IMG/VR virus record: IMGVR_UViG_3300050821_016057
Location: 1-64,000 of that record
Origin: a virus
Length of the DNA stretch: 64,000 bases
Reading direction: 5' to 3' (one strand)
Part shown: positions 1 through 8,948 of the stretch, piece after piece
How positions within the stretch are numbered: the stretch's first letter is position 1
How the letters are laid out: each line of letters opens with the position of its first letter
The notes under the pieces: generated by a model
Seen by the model: the letters and a program-made list of their open reading frames with translations, nothing else
Databases searched by the model: none
Told to the model about the DNA's origin: nothing
Position numbers and translations under genes: made by a program

Positions 1-325
1 GCCCAACAGCACGATGGTGTTCGCCGTCCCGACGAACACGGCCGGCAACCTCTCGGTGATGGTCGGGGGCAAGGTTCCGGCGAGCGCCACTTCGGTCGGG
101 CAGGTCTGGGCCGGCTACGTGACCAACAACGCGGGCACGTGCGCGGTGATGACGACGAACGGGACCATCTCCGCGCAGGCCGCCGTGTCCAGCACGGGGA
201 CGGTCGCCGCCACCCCGATCAGCGTGGCCCTGTCGAGCTGCAACGTCGCCGTGACCGTGACGGGGACGACCAGCACGTTCAACTGGTCGTCGTCCGTCCA
301 GTACCAGTCGTTCGGGGGCTCCTGA
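1..325 (+). CDS. 5'-truncated beta-rich hypothetical (probably virion-associated) protein
   Basis: Frame open from the window start to TGA 323-325; S/T/V/G-rich; high GC3. Confidence 0.6.
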   Translation, partial: PNSTMVFAVPTNTAGNLSVMVGGKVPASATSVGQVWAGYVTNNAGTCAVMTTNGTISAQAAVSSTGTVAATPISVALSSCNVAVTVTGTTSTFNWSSSVQYQSFGGS

Positions 326-1092
326 TGCGACGGGTCGCCCACGTGTTTCTGTTACTCGCGGTCGTGACCGTATTATTGGTCCCACGTCCACGCGAGGCTG
401 GGGCGGTGGCCGGGGTGGGCCGGTTCACCCGCACGGTCAACCCCAGTCCGGGCGACGTCTCGGACATCGTGATGTGGCTGCGCGCCGACCAGGTGGTGAG
501 CCCGTCGAACGGCGTCAAGTTCTCCCAGTGGAGAGACCTGGTGAACGGTGGGATCACCTACTCGCAGTTCACCAGCGGGAGGCAGTTCGTCTGGAACGCG
601 TCCGACTCCGCCTTCGGCGGGCAGCCCAGCGTGACGTCGAGCGCCTCGTCCGAGATGGACGCGGCGCAGTCGGTGGCGGCGCCTTTCACGTTCTACTGCG
701 TGTTCGACACCACCACCCCATCCGCCTACCAGATCCTGCTGACGGACGCGTCGGACGTGCAGGAGAGCGGGTTCACGGGGGGCGGGTACTACTACTACTC
801 GCCCAGCTCGGGGAACGGCACGGTCACGACGGGCGCGCACGCCGGCTCGTGGATCCACAACGGGACGTCGGGGAGCGCGATCTACGTCGACTCCAGCGCG
901 AGCCCGGTCGGTACGTCCGGCGTCACCACCAGCACGAACGCGGTCGTCTTCACGGTCGGGTACAACGGCGGCATCGACGGGCTGCTCGGCAACGAGGCCG
1001 AGATCATCGTGTACAAGGTGGCGCACACCGCGGCCCAGGTGGGCGCGGTATTCACGTACTTCGGGCAGCGATATGGGCAGACCTGGCACTGA
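325..1092 (+). CDS. ConA-like lectin/LamG-type domain protein with hydrophobic N-terminus
   Basis: ATG overlaps the upstream TGA; MWLRAD...SQWRD motif and G.I.EIIVY-like end typical of phage LamG-like domains. Confidence 0.6.
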   Translation: MRRVAHVFLLLAVVTVLLVPRPREAGAVAGVGRFTRTVNPSPGDVSDIVMWLRADQVVSPSNGVKFSQWRDLVNGGITYSQFTSGRQFVWNASDSAFGGQPSVTSSASSEMDAAQSVAAPFTFYCVFDTTTPSAYQILLTDASDVQESGFTGGGYYYYSPSSGNGTVTTGAHAGSWIHNGTSGSAIYVDSSASPVGTSGVTTSTNAVVFTVGYNGGIDGLLGNEAEIIVYKVAHTAAQVGAVFTYFGQRYGQTWH

Positions 1093-1105
1093 AGAGGGAC
1101 ACCAC

Positions 1106-1783
1106 ATGGCCGCGCAAGACCGTGACACCCCCATCAACCCGCACCTCGCCGCGAGTGTGACGGAAATCCACGCCGACCGAAAGAACGGCCGGGACCCGCG
1201 CGAGGACGACGAGCCGGTCGACGAGGCGATGAAGCGCGCGGTCGAGGCGGTGCCGCTGGGCAGGCGGCCGGAGGAGTACGCGCGCATGGCCGCCATCCAC
1301 AGCTACCGGTCGGCCGACAACGCGGCGGCCGCGTTCGAGCTGGCCGGCAAGGCGTTCGGGGACGCGGGCCGCGCGTACGAGACCGCGCAGAAGACGCACG
1401 GCTACCTGCTCCAGCTGGTCGACCAGAACCCTTCCATCGCCGCCCGGGTCACGCGGACGATGAGCGGCTCGATGAAGGCCGTGCTGGCCCAGCAGCCGTC
1501 CCTGCCCCCGGTCCAGATCCCGGAGAACGCCAGCAAGTCGGGCGTCCACTACACGATCCCGATGGAGAAGCTCGAGAAGCTGGAGCGGGAGATCCGCGAC
1601 CGCGAGGCGGCCGAGAAGGGCGCCAAGGAGGCGCTGGCCCAGCTGGCGGTGAGGGCGGAGGAGCAACGCAAGCGCCTGGCGTTCTGGCTGGCCGTGGTGG
1701 TGGCGGCGGCGGGCGGGATCGGCTGGGCGTCGGCCCACCTGCCCCTGGTCGCGCCGACCGTCGCCCCGGCGACCTCGCACTGA
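1106..1783 (+). CDS. Coiled-coil protein with C-terminal transmembrane helix
   Basis: GAGGG before ATG; LAFWLAVVVAAAGGIGW hydrophobic segment. Confidence 0.6.
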   Translation: MAAQDRDTPINPHLAASVTEIHADRKNGRDPREDDEPVDEAMKRAVEAVPLGRRPEEYARMAAIHSYRSADNAAAAFELAGKAFGDAGRAYETAQKTHGYLLQLVDQNPSIAARVTRTMSGSMKAVLAQQPSLPPVQIPENASKSGVHYTIPMEKLEKLEREIRDREAAEKGAKEALAQLAVRAEEQRKRLAFWLAVVVAAAGGIGWASAHLPLVAPTVAPATSH

Positions 1784-1809
1784 CATCGCGCCCCGGTGGG
1801 GTGGTCGTG

Positions 1810-1815
1810 TAGGCT
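1810..1815 (+). promoter_or_regulatory. Class I -10 element (TAGGCT), leaderless
   Basis: 7 nt before ATG 1823, no SD. Confidence 0.5.
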
Positions 1816-1822
1816 CAGCCCC

Positions 1823-2113
1823 ATGCCGCCCCGCAACCTGCTCCGCCAAGCGCGCCTGTACCTCGGCCTGGGTCTCGTCAAGCTGGGGGCCAGGGTGGCC
1901 GGGACCGAGTTCCCGGAGGCCGGGGACGAGCCGGTGGGCGTGTCGGCGGGCGTACCGGCCGTGCCGGCGACGATCGGCGAGGAGGGCAGGCGGATGCTCG
2001 AGGACGGGCGTCGGCGCGCGACGCGCCGCCCGGTCGAGCCCCCGCCCCCGCCGCTTCGCGGGAGCGCGCGGGACCAGCGCGAGCAGGCCGCGCGGCGCCA
2101 GGGAAGGGCCTAG
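1823..2113 (+). CDS. Hypothetical protein
   Basis: Fills the gap before the portal; TAGGCT 7 nt upstream. Confidence 0.55.
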   Translation: MPPRNLLRQARLYLGLGLVKLGARVAGTEFPEAGDEPVGVSAGVPAVPATIGEEGRRMLEDGRRRATRRPVEPPPPPLRGSARDQREQAARRQGRA

Positions 2114-2116
2114 CCG

Positions 2117-4297
2117 GTGTCGTTCGGGAACATGACCTCCGTGGGGAGGAACGGGCTGCTGGGCCAGTTGGAGGGGGAGGGCCCGGGCAAGGGCCGGTTC
2201 ATCCTCGACAGTGACCGGTTTAAGGTGCTGGACCGCAAGCAGCAGTACTTCGACTGCACCCAGCACGACTACAAGCGGTACGATTTCGACGGGCGGATCA
2301 TCGAGTTGGGGGGCGGGGTCGTCCAGTCGGCGCAGCCGCTGATGTCGGGCGAGAAGGCCAGCAACTACATCCCGCTGCGCGGCCGCCGGCCCTCCACCCC
2401 GTACCGGCTGGCGCGCGTCATCACCAGCTCGTTCACGTCGCTCCTGCTGGGAGACCAGCGGTTCCCGACCCTGCAGGTGCTGACCGACCCGAAGACGCAG
2501 GACTACGTGCAGACGCTTTCCCGGCTGTCGAGCCTGCCGGTCAAGATGGTCCAGGCGCGCAACCTCGGGGGCTCGACCGGGACCGCGTGCCTGTCTTGGG
2601 CGTACGTGAACGGCCGGCCGCGGGTGCGCGTGCACAATGCCAAATTCGTCCACGTGCAGTCGTGGGAGGACCGGGACGAGTTCGTGCCCCGCCACGTGAT
2701 CGAGTGCTACCAGTCGACCGAGCAGGTCTGGAGCCCGGAGAAGCGCCAGCTGGTGTCGGCCGACTTCTGGCACCGCCGCGATTGGACCCCCAACCTGGAC
2801 GTGGTGTTCATGAAGATGCCGGTCCAGCGGGGGAAGGACCCGGTGTGGATCCCGGACTGGGAGAAGTGCGTCGAGCACAACGACCGGCTCTGCCACTTCG
2901 TGTGGATCCAGAACCTCCCCGCCACCGACGCCGACGGCCAGTGCGACTACGAGGGGCTGTTCGACAACTTCGACACCCTGGACCTGCTGCTGAGCGTGAT
3001 CACCCGCGGGGCGACGCTCAACCTGGACCCGACCCTGGTGCTCAAGATGGACCCGGACGCGATCGGGAGCGGGGTCCGGAAGGGCTCGGACAACGCGATC
3101 GTCCCGGGCGTGGATGGCGACGCCCACTACCTGGAGCTGGTCGGCAGCTCGATCACGGCGGGGATCAACCTGTTCAACAAGAAGCGCGAGACCACCCTGG
3201 AGGTCGCGCAGTGCGTGCTGCCCGACCCCGACAAGGTGGCGGCGGCCGGCACCAGCTCGGTGGCGATGAAGATGATGTACGCGCCCATGATCGGGAAGGG
3301 GGACCTCTTCCGGGACCAGTACGGCGGGGGGATGCGCCGCGTGCTCGAGCCGCTGGTGATCGTCGCCCAGCGCTCGCACCGCACCAAGGTGTTCTACCTG
3401 GACGGCAACTTGAACCCGCACGAGGAGTACCGGATCCCCCGGCTGCCCCCGAAGGTCGACAAGGAGACGGGGGACGACGGGCAGGAGAAGGTGACGCTCA
3501 CCCAGCGCGAGCCCGGTCAGGGCGAGGAGGTGGACCCGGTGTGGGGCCCGTACTTCCAGGCGACCCCGAACGACAAGCAGGTCACGGCGGGCGCGCTCAG
3601 CGTGGCGACTGGCCAGAAGGCGTTCATGCCGGCGAGCAGCGCCACCGAGGAGATGGCCAAGCTGCTGGGTCGCGACCCCGACGACGAGAAGCGCAGCATG
3701 ACCGAGGAGCAGGACGAGGCCGAGGGCAAGCAGAACCAGATGTTCAGCCAGGCCGCTGCCGGCGCGCCGGGCTCGAAGGTCCAGCACTCGACCCCGACCC
3801 CGGGGGGCGGCCAGATGACCCGGACGGTTGCCCCGCAGGCCCCTCCCCCGAGCGAGAGCAGCTCGAGCGAGCCCCCGATCCCGCTCACCCCGGCGGCCGC
3901 CCAGGCGGTCATCACGGTCAACGAGGCCCGGCACTCGATGGGTCTCGACCCGATGCCGGGCCCCGACGGCATGCTGAGTCTCGCCGCTTTCCAAGCGAAA
4001 TATTCGGTGCCCATCGCGATGGCGGCGAACGCTGCACTCGGAAAAACAGGTACCAGTCCCGCGGGGGCCCCAATCGGGGCTCCTGGCGGGGGGTCGCCCA
4101 AGCCGCCCGCCCCCCCTGGCGCGGGGGCGCCCCCAGGAGGGGCTCCCGGAGCACCCCCCGCCCATCCACCGGCCGGGGCCCCGCCCGGCCCTCCCGGGGC
4201 GACGTCGGCCCCGCACCCGGCACCCGCGCCGGTCGCCCCGCCCGCACCCAAGCCGGCCCCGCCCCCGATCCCGCTGCCGCCGCCCAAGCTGAAGTAG
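2117..4297 (+). CDS. Portal protein (SPP1 gp6-like) with long Pro/Gly-rich C-terminal tail
   Basis: 726 aa; position before MuF/scaffold/capsid; TSSVAMKMMYAPM resembles the SG.ALK portal motif. Confidence 0.8.
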   Translation: MSFGNMTSVGRNGLLGQLEGEGPGKGRFILDSDRFKVLDRKQQYFDCTQHDYKRYDFDGRIIELGGGVVQSAQPLMSGEKASNYIPLRGRRPSTPYRLARVITSSFTSLLLGDQRFPTLQVLTDPKTQDYVQTLSRLSSLPVKMVQARNLGGSTGTACLSWAYVNGRPRVRVHNAKFVHVQSWEDRDEFVPRHVIECYQSTEQVWSPEKRQLVSADFWHRRDWTPNLDVVFMKMPVQRGKDPVWIPDWEKCVEHNDRLCHFVWIQNLPATDADGQCDYEGLFDNFDTLDLLLSVITRGATLNLDPTLVLKMDPDAIGSGVRKGSDNAIVPGVDGDAHYLELVGSSITAGINLFNKKRETTLEVAQCVLPDPDKVAAAGTSSVAMKMMYAPMIGKGDLFRDQYGGGMRRVLEPLVIVAQRSHRTKVFYLDGNLNPHEEYRIPRLPPKVDKETGDDGQEKVTLTQREPGQGEEVDPVWGPYFQATPNDKQVTAGALSVATGQKAFMPASSATEEMAKLLGRDPDDEKRSMTEEQDEAEGKQNQMFSQAAAGAPGSKVQHSTPTPGGGQMTRTVAPQAPPPSESSSSEPPIPLTPAAAQAVITVNEARHSMGLDPMPGPDGMLSLAAFQAKYSVPIAMAANAALGKTGTSPAGAPIGAPGGGSPKPPAPPGAGAPPGGAPGAPPAHPPAGAPPGPPGATSAPHPAPAPVAPPAPKPAPPPIPLPPPKLK

Positions 4298-4300
4298 GGA

Positions 4301-4318
4301 CCCAAACCCGGGTTTGGG
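4301..4318. repeat. 18-bp palindrome CCCAAACCCGGGTTTGGG copy 1
   Basis: Exact; symmetry extends to 26 bp (4297-4322); 3 nt after the portal stop. Confidence 0.97.
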
Positions 4319-4324
4319 TCCCGG

Positions 4325-4333
4325 TGCTAGCTT
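4325..4333 (+). promoter_or_regulatory. Class I extended -10 (TGCTAGCTT), leaderless
   Basis: 6 nt before ATG 4340. Confidence 0.5.
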
Positions 4334-4339
4334 CTCAGG

Positions 4340-4717
4340 ATGCTGACCGATCTACCGAACGGGAAGGGGCGCGGTAAGTGGCAGAGGATCTTGCTGGACG
4401 AGTTCGGAGACCATCCCAGGTGGTCGGCCATCATTCGTTGTCCGGATTGTGACATCCACCTCCCGATCCCAAACCACACAATTGCCGCGGACGGACAGGT
4501 GAGACCCTCGGTCGGCCACCTGGTCACACAATGCACTTGGCACACGTCACCCAAGTTGCTCGGTTGGTCCCCAATCCCAACCGTGCCGGAACCGAGGCCG
4601 ACACTGTCTTGTACAAGGTGCCCGGCAACAACCCGACAACTTGGAGGATGGGGGATGGCCGGAGGGTTGGTCTGTCCTGACTGCATGAAGCGGCTGCTTG
4701 GAGGTACCGGTGGCTGA
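4340..4717 (+). CDS. Small Cys/His zinc-binding protein with atypical low GC (insert)
   Basis: CPDC...PSV...CTWH, CTRC, CPDC motifs; codon usage differs from neighbours. Confidence 0.6.
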   Translation: MLTDLPNGKGRGKWQRILLDEFGDHPRWSAIIRCPDCDIHLPIPNHTIAADGQVRPSVGHLVTQCTWHTSPKLLGWSPIPTVPEPRPTLSCTRCPATTRQLGGWGMAGGLVCPDCMKRLLGGTGG

Positions 4718-5753
4718 CATGCGGGCGGCCGCGCGGGCCAAGCGGGCGCTCGACCAGAGCCGGGCAGCCGCAGTCGAGCTGGTGCGCGGGATGGGGGCGG
4801 AGAAGACGCGCGCGCTGCTGGAGCGGTCGGCGGAGGCGTTGAGGGCGCGCTTGCAGGCGGTGGCGGGGTCGCTGGGGCCGGACACGTACACGGTCGTGCA
4901 GCTGCGGGCCGCGCTCGCCCAGGTCCAGCACGTGCTGGTCACGACCACGCTGCCGGCGCTCCGGGACGCGGTCGTGGACTCGGCCGAGGAGGCGGGGCGG
5001 GCGGGCGCCCAGCACACGGTCGACTACCTGGCGGCGGCCGACCGGGCGTTCCGCGGGGCCGGGGAGCAGCCGCTGCCGCTCCGGGTGGCGGGGATGCTCC
5101 ACGAGGGGGTGAGCGGGGCCCGGGCGTCGGTGCTGCGCCGGCTGGCCAGCGAGCCCGCGCCCAGGGGCAAGCACCGGGGACCCCGGAAGAAGGTCCGGGT
5201 GGGCATCCTGGCCCGGTACGGGATCGAGACCGTGGGGGCGTTCGAGGAGGAGCTGCGGGTCGGGCTGGTGGCCAAAAAGTCTTGGACCGAGATGCGCGAG
5301 TCGATCACCAAGAGATCGCCGTTTCTGCAGGGCAAGCCGTCCCACTGGGCGCACCGGATCGTCCGGACCGAGGTGATGTCGGCGCACGGGGCGGCCGCCC
5401 ACCACTCGATCCAGCAGGCCAACCGGGACCTGGGCGGGGGGATGCTGAAGATCCTGAGCGAGACGTTCGACGACCGGACGGCCGCGGATTCTTGGGATGA
5501 TCATGGACAATGTCGGAGACCCGACGAGGACTTCGAGAACTGGTACGGGCCGTTCCCGTACCCGGCGGGTCGCCCCAACGACCGAGCAATCATTGTCCCG
5601 CATCGGCAGAGATGGCCACTTCCCGATTACCTTCAGCCTAAAACTGACGAAGAAGTTGAAGAAGCTTGGCGCCGCGAAGGGCACAAGAAGGATATGCCTT
5701 CGCGCTCACTTATTTCGACTGTGCCCGGGTTCGGCCATGATGAGGGGTTGTGA
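4710..5753 (+). CDS. MuF-like minor head protein
   Basis: RIVRTEV...DDRTAADS...HGQ...PAGRPNDR motif set; GGAGG before GTG 4710; follows portal. Confidence 0.85.
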   Translation: MADMRAAARAKRALDQSRAAAVELVRGMGAEKTRALLERSAEALRARLQAVAGSLGPDTYTVVQLRAALAQVQHVLVTTTLPALRDAVVDSAEEAGRAGAQHTVDYLAAADRAFRGAGEQPLPLRVAGMLHEGVSGARASVLRRLASEPAPRGKHRGPRKKVRVGILARYGIETVGAFEEELRVGLVAKKSWTEMRESITKRSPFLQGKPSHWAHRIVRTEVMSAHGAAAHHSIQQANRDLGGGMLKILSETFDDRTAADSWDDHGQCRRPDEDFENWYGPFPYPAGRPNDRAIIVPHRQRWPLPDYLQPKTDEEVEEAWRREGHKKDMPSRSLISTVPGFGHDEGL

Positions 5754-5824
5754 TGGCTTCCGCCTCGCTCATTCCAATCCGGAGGCGATGGTAGAAACCT
5801 TCCTTCGCGCATACGGGCAAGTAG

Positions 5825-6019
5825 TTAGTTGCGCTTCACCGCGAGGGCCAGCGGGTGGGCCTGGTAGGCCTCCACCACCTTGATCAGCTGGGCGTTCGCG
5901 CTGTCTACCTTGGCGAAGTCGTGGGACTGCCTCCAGAGCTGGACCTGCCGGAGCACGTCCAGCTCGAGCACGCGGAGGGTGGCGACCAGGTCCTGGGGTG
6001 GCTTGGGTTTGACGGGCAT
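5825..6019 (-). CDS. Small hypothetical protein (antisense insert)
   Basis: 64 aa ORF with GCGGCATAAG 6 nt upstream on the minus strand. Confidence 0.6.
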   Translation of the reverse strand: MPVKPKPPQDLVATLRVLELDVLRQVQLWRQSHDFAKVDSANAQLIKVVEAYQAHPLALAVKRN

Positions 6020-6025
6020 GACCCC

Positions 6026-6035
6026 CTTATGCCGC
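6026..6035 (-). promoter_or_regulatory. Class II motif GCGGCATAAG, leaderless
   Basis: 6 nt before minus-strand ATG 6019. Confidence 0.65.
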
Positions 6036-6080
6036 CGCGGCGTTCTTGCGCGGCCCGGGACCGGCTGTTACCTGTTGAGC

Positions 6081-6260
6081 ATGGCCAACCCGATGAGCGA
6101 CGGCGAGCGCCCCCAGCCCAAGCCACCCGTGTACCCGCCGCAGGTGCTCCCCCTGCCCAGCGAGACGGACTCGGACGGGATCATGCACTCGCCCACCATC
6201 AAGTGGCCGGCGGCGGGCGGGCCCGACGACGCCCGGCTGCCGTACAAGAACCTGCGCTGA
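6081..6260 (+). CDS. Small Pro-rich protein ending LPYKNLR
   Basis: 59 aa; shares C-terminal motif with the next gene. Confidence 0.65.
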   Translation: MANPMSDGERPQPKPPVYPPQVLPLPSETDSDGIMHSPTIKWPAAGGPDDARLPYKNLR

Positions 6261-6307
6261 CCGGCGCCCGGACTCCCTCCCCCCAAGAAAGGCAACAGGT
6301 ACCCACC

Positions 6308-6580
6308 ATGGCTACTCAGAACGGACTCCCCTCGACCAACCCGTCCGCCCCCCCCTTCGCGACCGCGGAGGGGCTGCCCGCCGTCAAGGACGGGGGCGGC
6401 GGCAAGGCGGCGATGCCTCAGGACCGCCCGCAGAGCATGGCCCGCCCGGAGGTGGTCCCGTCGGACGGCGAGATCCCCAAGGGGGGCAAGGAGCTGTACG
6501 CGGACCCGAGCGGCCAGGCGGGCAACTCGGGCACGGTCACGGGCGTCGCGGCCCCGCTCCCGTTCAAGAACCTCCGCTGA
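6308..6580 (+). CDS. Small Pro/Gly-rich protein ending LPFKNLR
   Basis: 90 aa; shares C-terminal motif with the previous gene. Confidence 0.7.
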   Translation: MATQNGLPSTNPSAPPFATAEGLPAVKDGGGGKAAMPQDRPQSMARPEVVPSDGEIPKGGKELYADPSGQAGNSGTVTGVAAPLPFKNLR

Positions 6581-6581
6581 G

Positions 6582-6995
6582 ATGTCGCAGTCGAACCTCC
6601 AGCTGCTGTTCCAGGGCAGCCTCGTCTGCGGGCCCGCCGGCTCGGGCGAGGGCGGGGTGCCCGGGGGTTCGACCGTCATCCCGTACCAGACCAACCCCAA
6701 CCCCAAGTGCCTGGCGGTGTCGACGGGCGACATGGTCGCCCAGGTCAGCAGCCCGGGCTCCTACCAGCAGCTCCGGGGCGTGGGGGACAACGTCACGCAG
6801 GCCACGTTCCTGGCCATGCTCACGACGGCCGCCATGTCGGTCCGGGTGACGACCTACAACCCCGCGGGCAACGTCCAGGCGGTCGAGGTCATCAACGGGC
6901 TGAAGGTCTCGGAGTTCGACCCGGGCGCCTACCTGGTGAAGCTGGAGGTGATGGGGACGGGCACGGTGGAGTTCTTCGCCGGGGGCCCTCAGTAA
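6582..6995 (+). CDS. Hypothetical virion protein
   Basis: 137 aa, beta-rich, in head module. Confidence 0.6.
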   Translation: MSQSNLQLLFQGSLVCGPAGSGEGGVPGGSTVIPYQTNPNPKCLAVSTGDMVAQVSSPGSYQQLRGVGDNVTQATFLAMLTTAAMSVRVTTYNPAGNVQAVEVINGLKVSEFDPGAYLVKLEVMGTGTVEFFAGGPQ

Positions 6996-7058
6996 ACAAG
7001 ACAGTCGCCAGCCGAGGGGTGTAGCTTCGGCGTCACAACCCAACCCGGAGAATTGACC

Positions 7059-7736
7059 ATGTCGCTGACGACGCTCGCTACCTCGCTCAAGAATGCCCTC
7101 AACCGCGCGCAGCCGGGTAGCCTCGCCTCCCAGCTGCAGTCGATCCTGTTCGGCGACGTGATCCGCCGCAACAACGTCCAGCTCCGCGCGGCCGTGCCGG
7201 TGCTCGACGCCTACGGGCCGGCCAGCAACACCACGGTCGTCCTGCCGGACGATGCCAAGTGCGCGACCGTCCTGCGCGCCTACGCGCGCTCGGGCACGGG
7301 CACGGTAGGCGAGCTCACCGTGGAGGCCCTGGGCGCGAGCCTGTCGGCCGGGCAGTGCGCGCCCAGCATCGATGGCAACATCATCTTCTACAGCGCGGAC
7401 GCGTGGACGTCGGTCGACGTCCTCTACACGGTCCACCACCTCCACGTGATCGAGCTGACCCTGTCGGTCGCCTCGGGCGTGGTCGCGCTCCCGGTGGGGG
7501 CGGGCGTGGCGTGCGAGCTGCTCGAGGTCCAGCGCGCCGACACCAGCACGTCCAAGCTGGTCGTGGCGGCCCCGGCCGCCGCCAACAGCACGACCGGGAC
7601 GGCCCACTTCGACCTCGCCAAGAAGAACGTGCTGCTCGACAGCGCGGACGCGGCGGTCACGGTCCGGGTCAAGCTCGGCGTGGTCGACCCGGTCGACGTC
7701 AACGCCCTGCTCGAGGCGGCCAGCACGTTCATCTGA
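7059..7736 (+). CDS. Putative head decoration/structural protein
   Basis: GGAG RBS; A/V/T-rich; head module; followed by a terminator. Confidence 0.55.
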   Translation: MSLTTLATSLKNALNRAQPGSLASQLQSILFGDVIRRNNVQLRAAVPVLDAYGPASNTTVVLPDDAKCATVLRAYARSGTGTVGELTVEALGASLSAGQCAPSIDGNIIFYSADAWTSVDVLYTVHHLHVIELTLSVASGVVALPVGAGVACELLEVQRADTSTSKLVVAAPAAANSTTGTAHFDLAKKNVLLDSADAAVTVRVKLGVVDPVDVNALLEAASTFI

Positions 7737-7759
7737 TCACCGGCACCTAGCGCGCACCC

Positions 7760-7799
7760 GCGGGCGGAGGGCAATCCAGCCCCCCGCCCGTTTTCGTTT
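7760..7799 (+). terminator. Rho-independent terminator
   Basis: CGGGCGGAGGGC/GCCCCCCGCCCG stem followed by TTTTCGTTT. Confidence 0.7.
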
Positions 7800-7817
7800 C
7801 CCAGGAGGAGAGTTCCA

Positions 7818-8678
7818 ATGCCCGATGTAGTCGACCCCAAAGCAACCCAGCCCGGCATCGTCGGGCCCGTCACCACCATCACGCCCGACGTGGTCGTCCC
7901 CCCGGCCACCCCGCCCGCGCCCCCGGCCCCGCCGGTCTCGGCCGCGCCCGTCCCCCCGGCCGCGCCCGCCTCGCCCCCCCACCCGGGCCCGGTCTCGATC
8001 GGGGACGACGGCGACATCCCGGACGACGCCGAGCTGCTCACCCTGTCGAAGAGCGCGCTCAACAAGCGCCTGGCCCGGGCGACCCGCGCCGAGCTGAAGG
8101 CGCGGTTCGGCACCGACAACCCCGACGAGATCAAGTCGAAGCTGGATCGGCTGGCCGAGTTCGAGACCAAGCAGGAGGAGCAGCGGCTGGCCAGCCTGTC
8201 CGAGCTGGAGCGCGAGCGGGAGGCCAAGGCGAAGGCCGAGGGGGAGCGGGACGAGTGGAAGAGGCAGCACGACGAGCTGAGGACGGCCAACCTGGTCCGG
8301 GGCGCGCACTCGCGCGTCAGCAGCATCTCGGGCAAGCACTTCAAGGACACGGCCCAGAAGTTCATCCAGTTCGAGTTCCAGGAGTACCTGCAGGGGCTCC
8401 CGGAGGCCGAGGTGGTGGCGATGACGGACGAGCAGATGGACAGTTGGTTCGCCGGGGAGGCCAAGACCCACCCGGAGCTGTCGCGGGGGTACACCCCGCC
8501 CGCCCCGCCCACGCCGGTCGCCCCGCTGACCAACGGCCCGCCGGCCCCCGAGGGCGCGCCCCCCCCGACGGGCGCGGGCGGCCAGCAGGCGGCCCCCAAC
8601 TTCGCGCCGTCGGCCGCCAACCCGATGAGCCGGCAGGAGGCTCGCAAGGAGGCGGCCAAGCTGGGCTACAACTACTAG
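7818..8678 (+). CDS. Capsid scaffolding protein
   Basis: AGGAGGAG RBS; Pro-rich N-terminus, KRLAR and coiled coil LSELER; immediately before major capsid. Confidence 0.8.
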   Translation: MPDVVDPKATQPGIVGPVTTITPDVVVPPATPPAPPAPPVSAAPVPPAAPASPPHPGPVSIGDDGDIPDDAELLTLSKSALNKRLARATRAELKARFGTDNPDEIKSKLDRLAEFETKQEEQRLASLSELEREREAKAKAEGERDEWKRQHDELRTANLVRGAHSRVSSISGKHFKDTAQKFIQFEFQEYLQGLPEAEVVAMTDEQMDSWFAGEAKTHPELSRGYTPPAPPTPVAPLTNGPPAPEGAPPPTGAGGQQAAPNFAPSAANPMSRQEARKEAAKLGYNY

Positions 8679-8680
8679 AC

Positions 8681-8698
8681 CCCAAACCCGGGTTTGGG
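8681..8698. repeat. 18-bp palindrome copy 2
   Basis: Exact; extends GAC..GTC; 2 nt after scaffold stop. Confidence 0.97.
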
Positions 8699-8703
8699 GT
8701 CCC

Positions 8704-8741
8704 GACCCCCCGCGGCGCGCGCCCCGGGGGGTCTGTCTTTT
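8704..8741 (+). terminator. Probable Rho-independent terminator
   Basis: GACCCCCCG/CGGGGGGTC stem followed by TGTCTTTT. Confidence 0.55.
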
Positions 8742-8948
8742 GGAGGTACTGGACAGGCGAGAATGGGTCCCGTAGGTTCTGGGGAGTCGTCGGAGCCACC
8801 CTCACCTGGGTTCAAGACCGGCGACGACATCGTCGTAGGACCCGAACACGCGGCACACCGGCGGCAACAGGTGGTACCCGGGGACGAGGACGTTGTGAGC
8901 GGTTGAGCAGGGCGATTGTGCCCAATTCCCACACAACGGAGTCTCACC

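Noticed and set aside
1052-4216. Very long minus-strand and alternate-frame ORFs (also 8802-11921, 13723-16491, 45088-47445)
   Set aside because: Shadow ORFs of GC-rich genes; Arg/Gly/Pro-rich translations with no motifs
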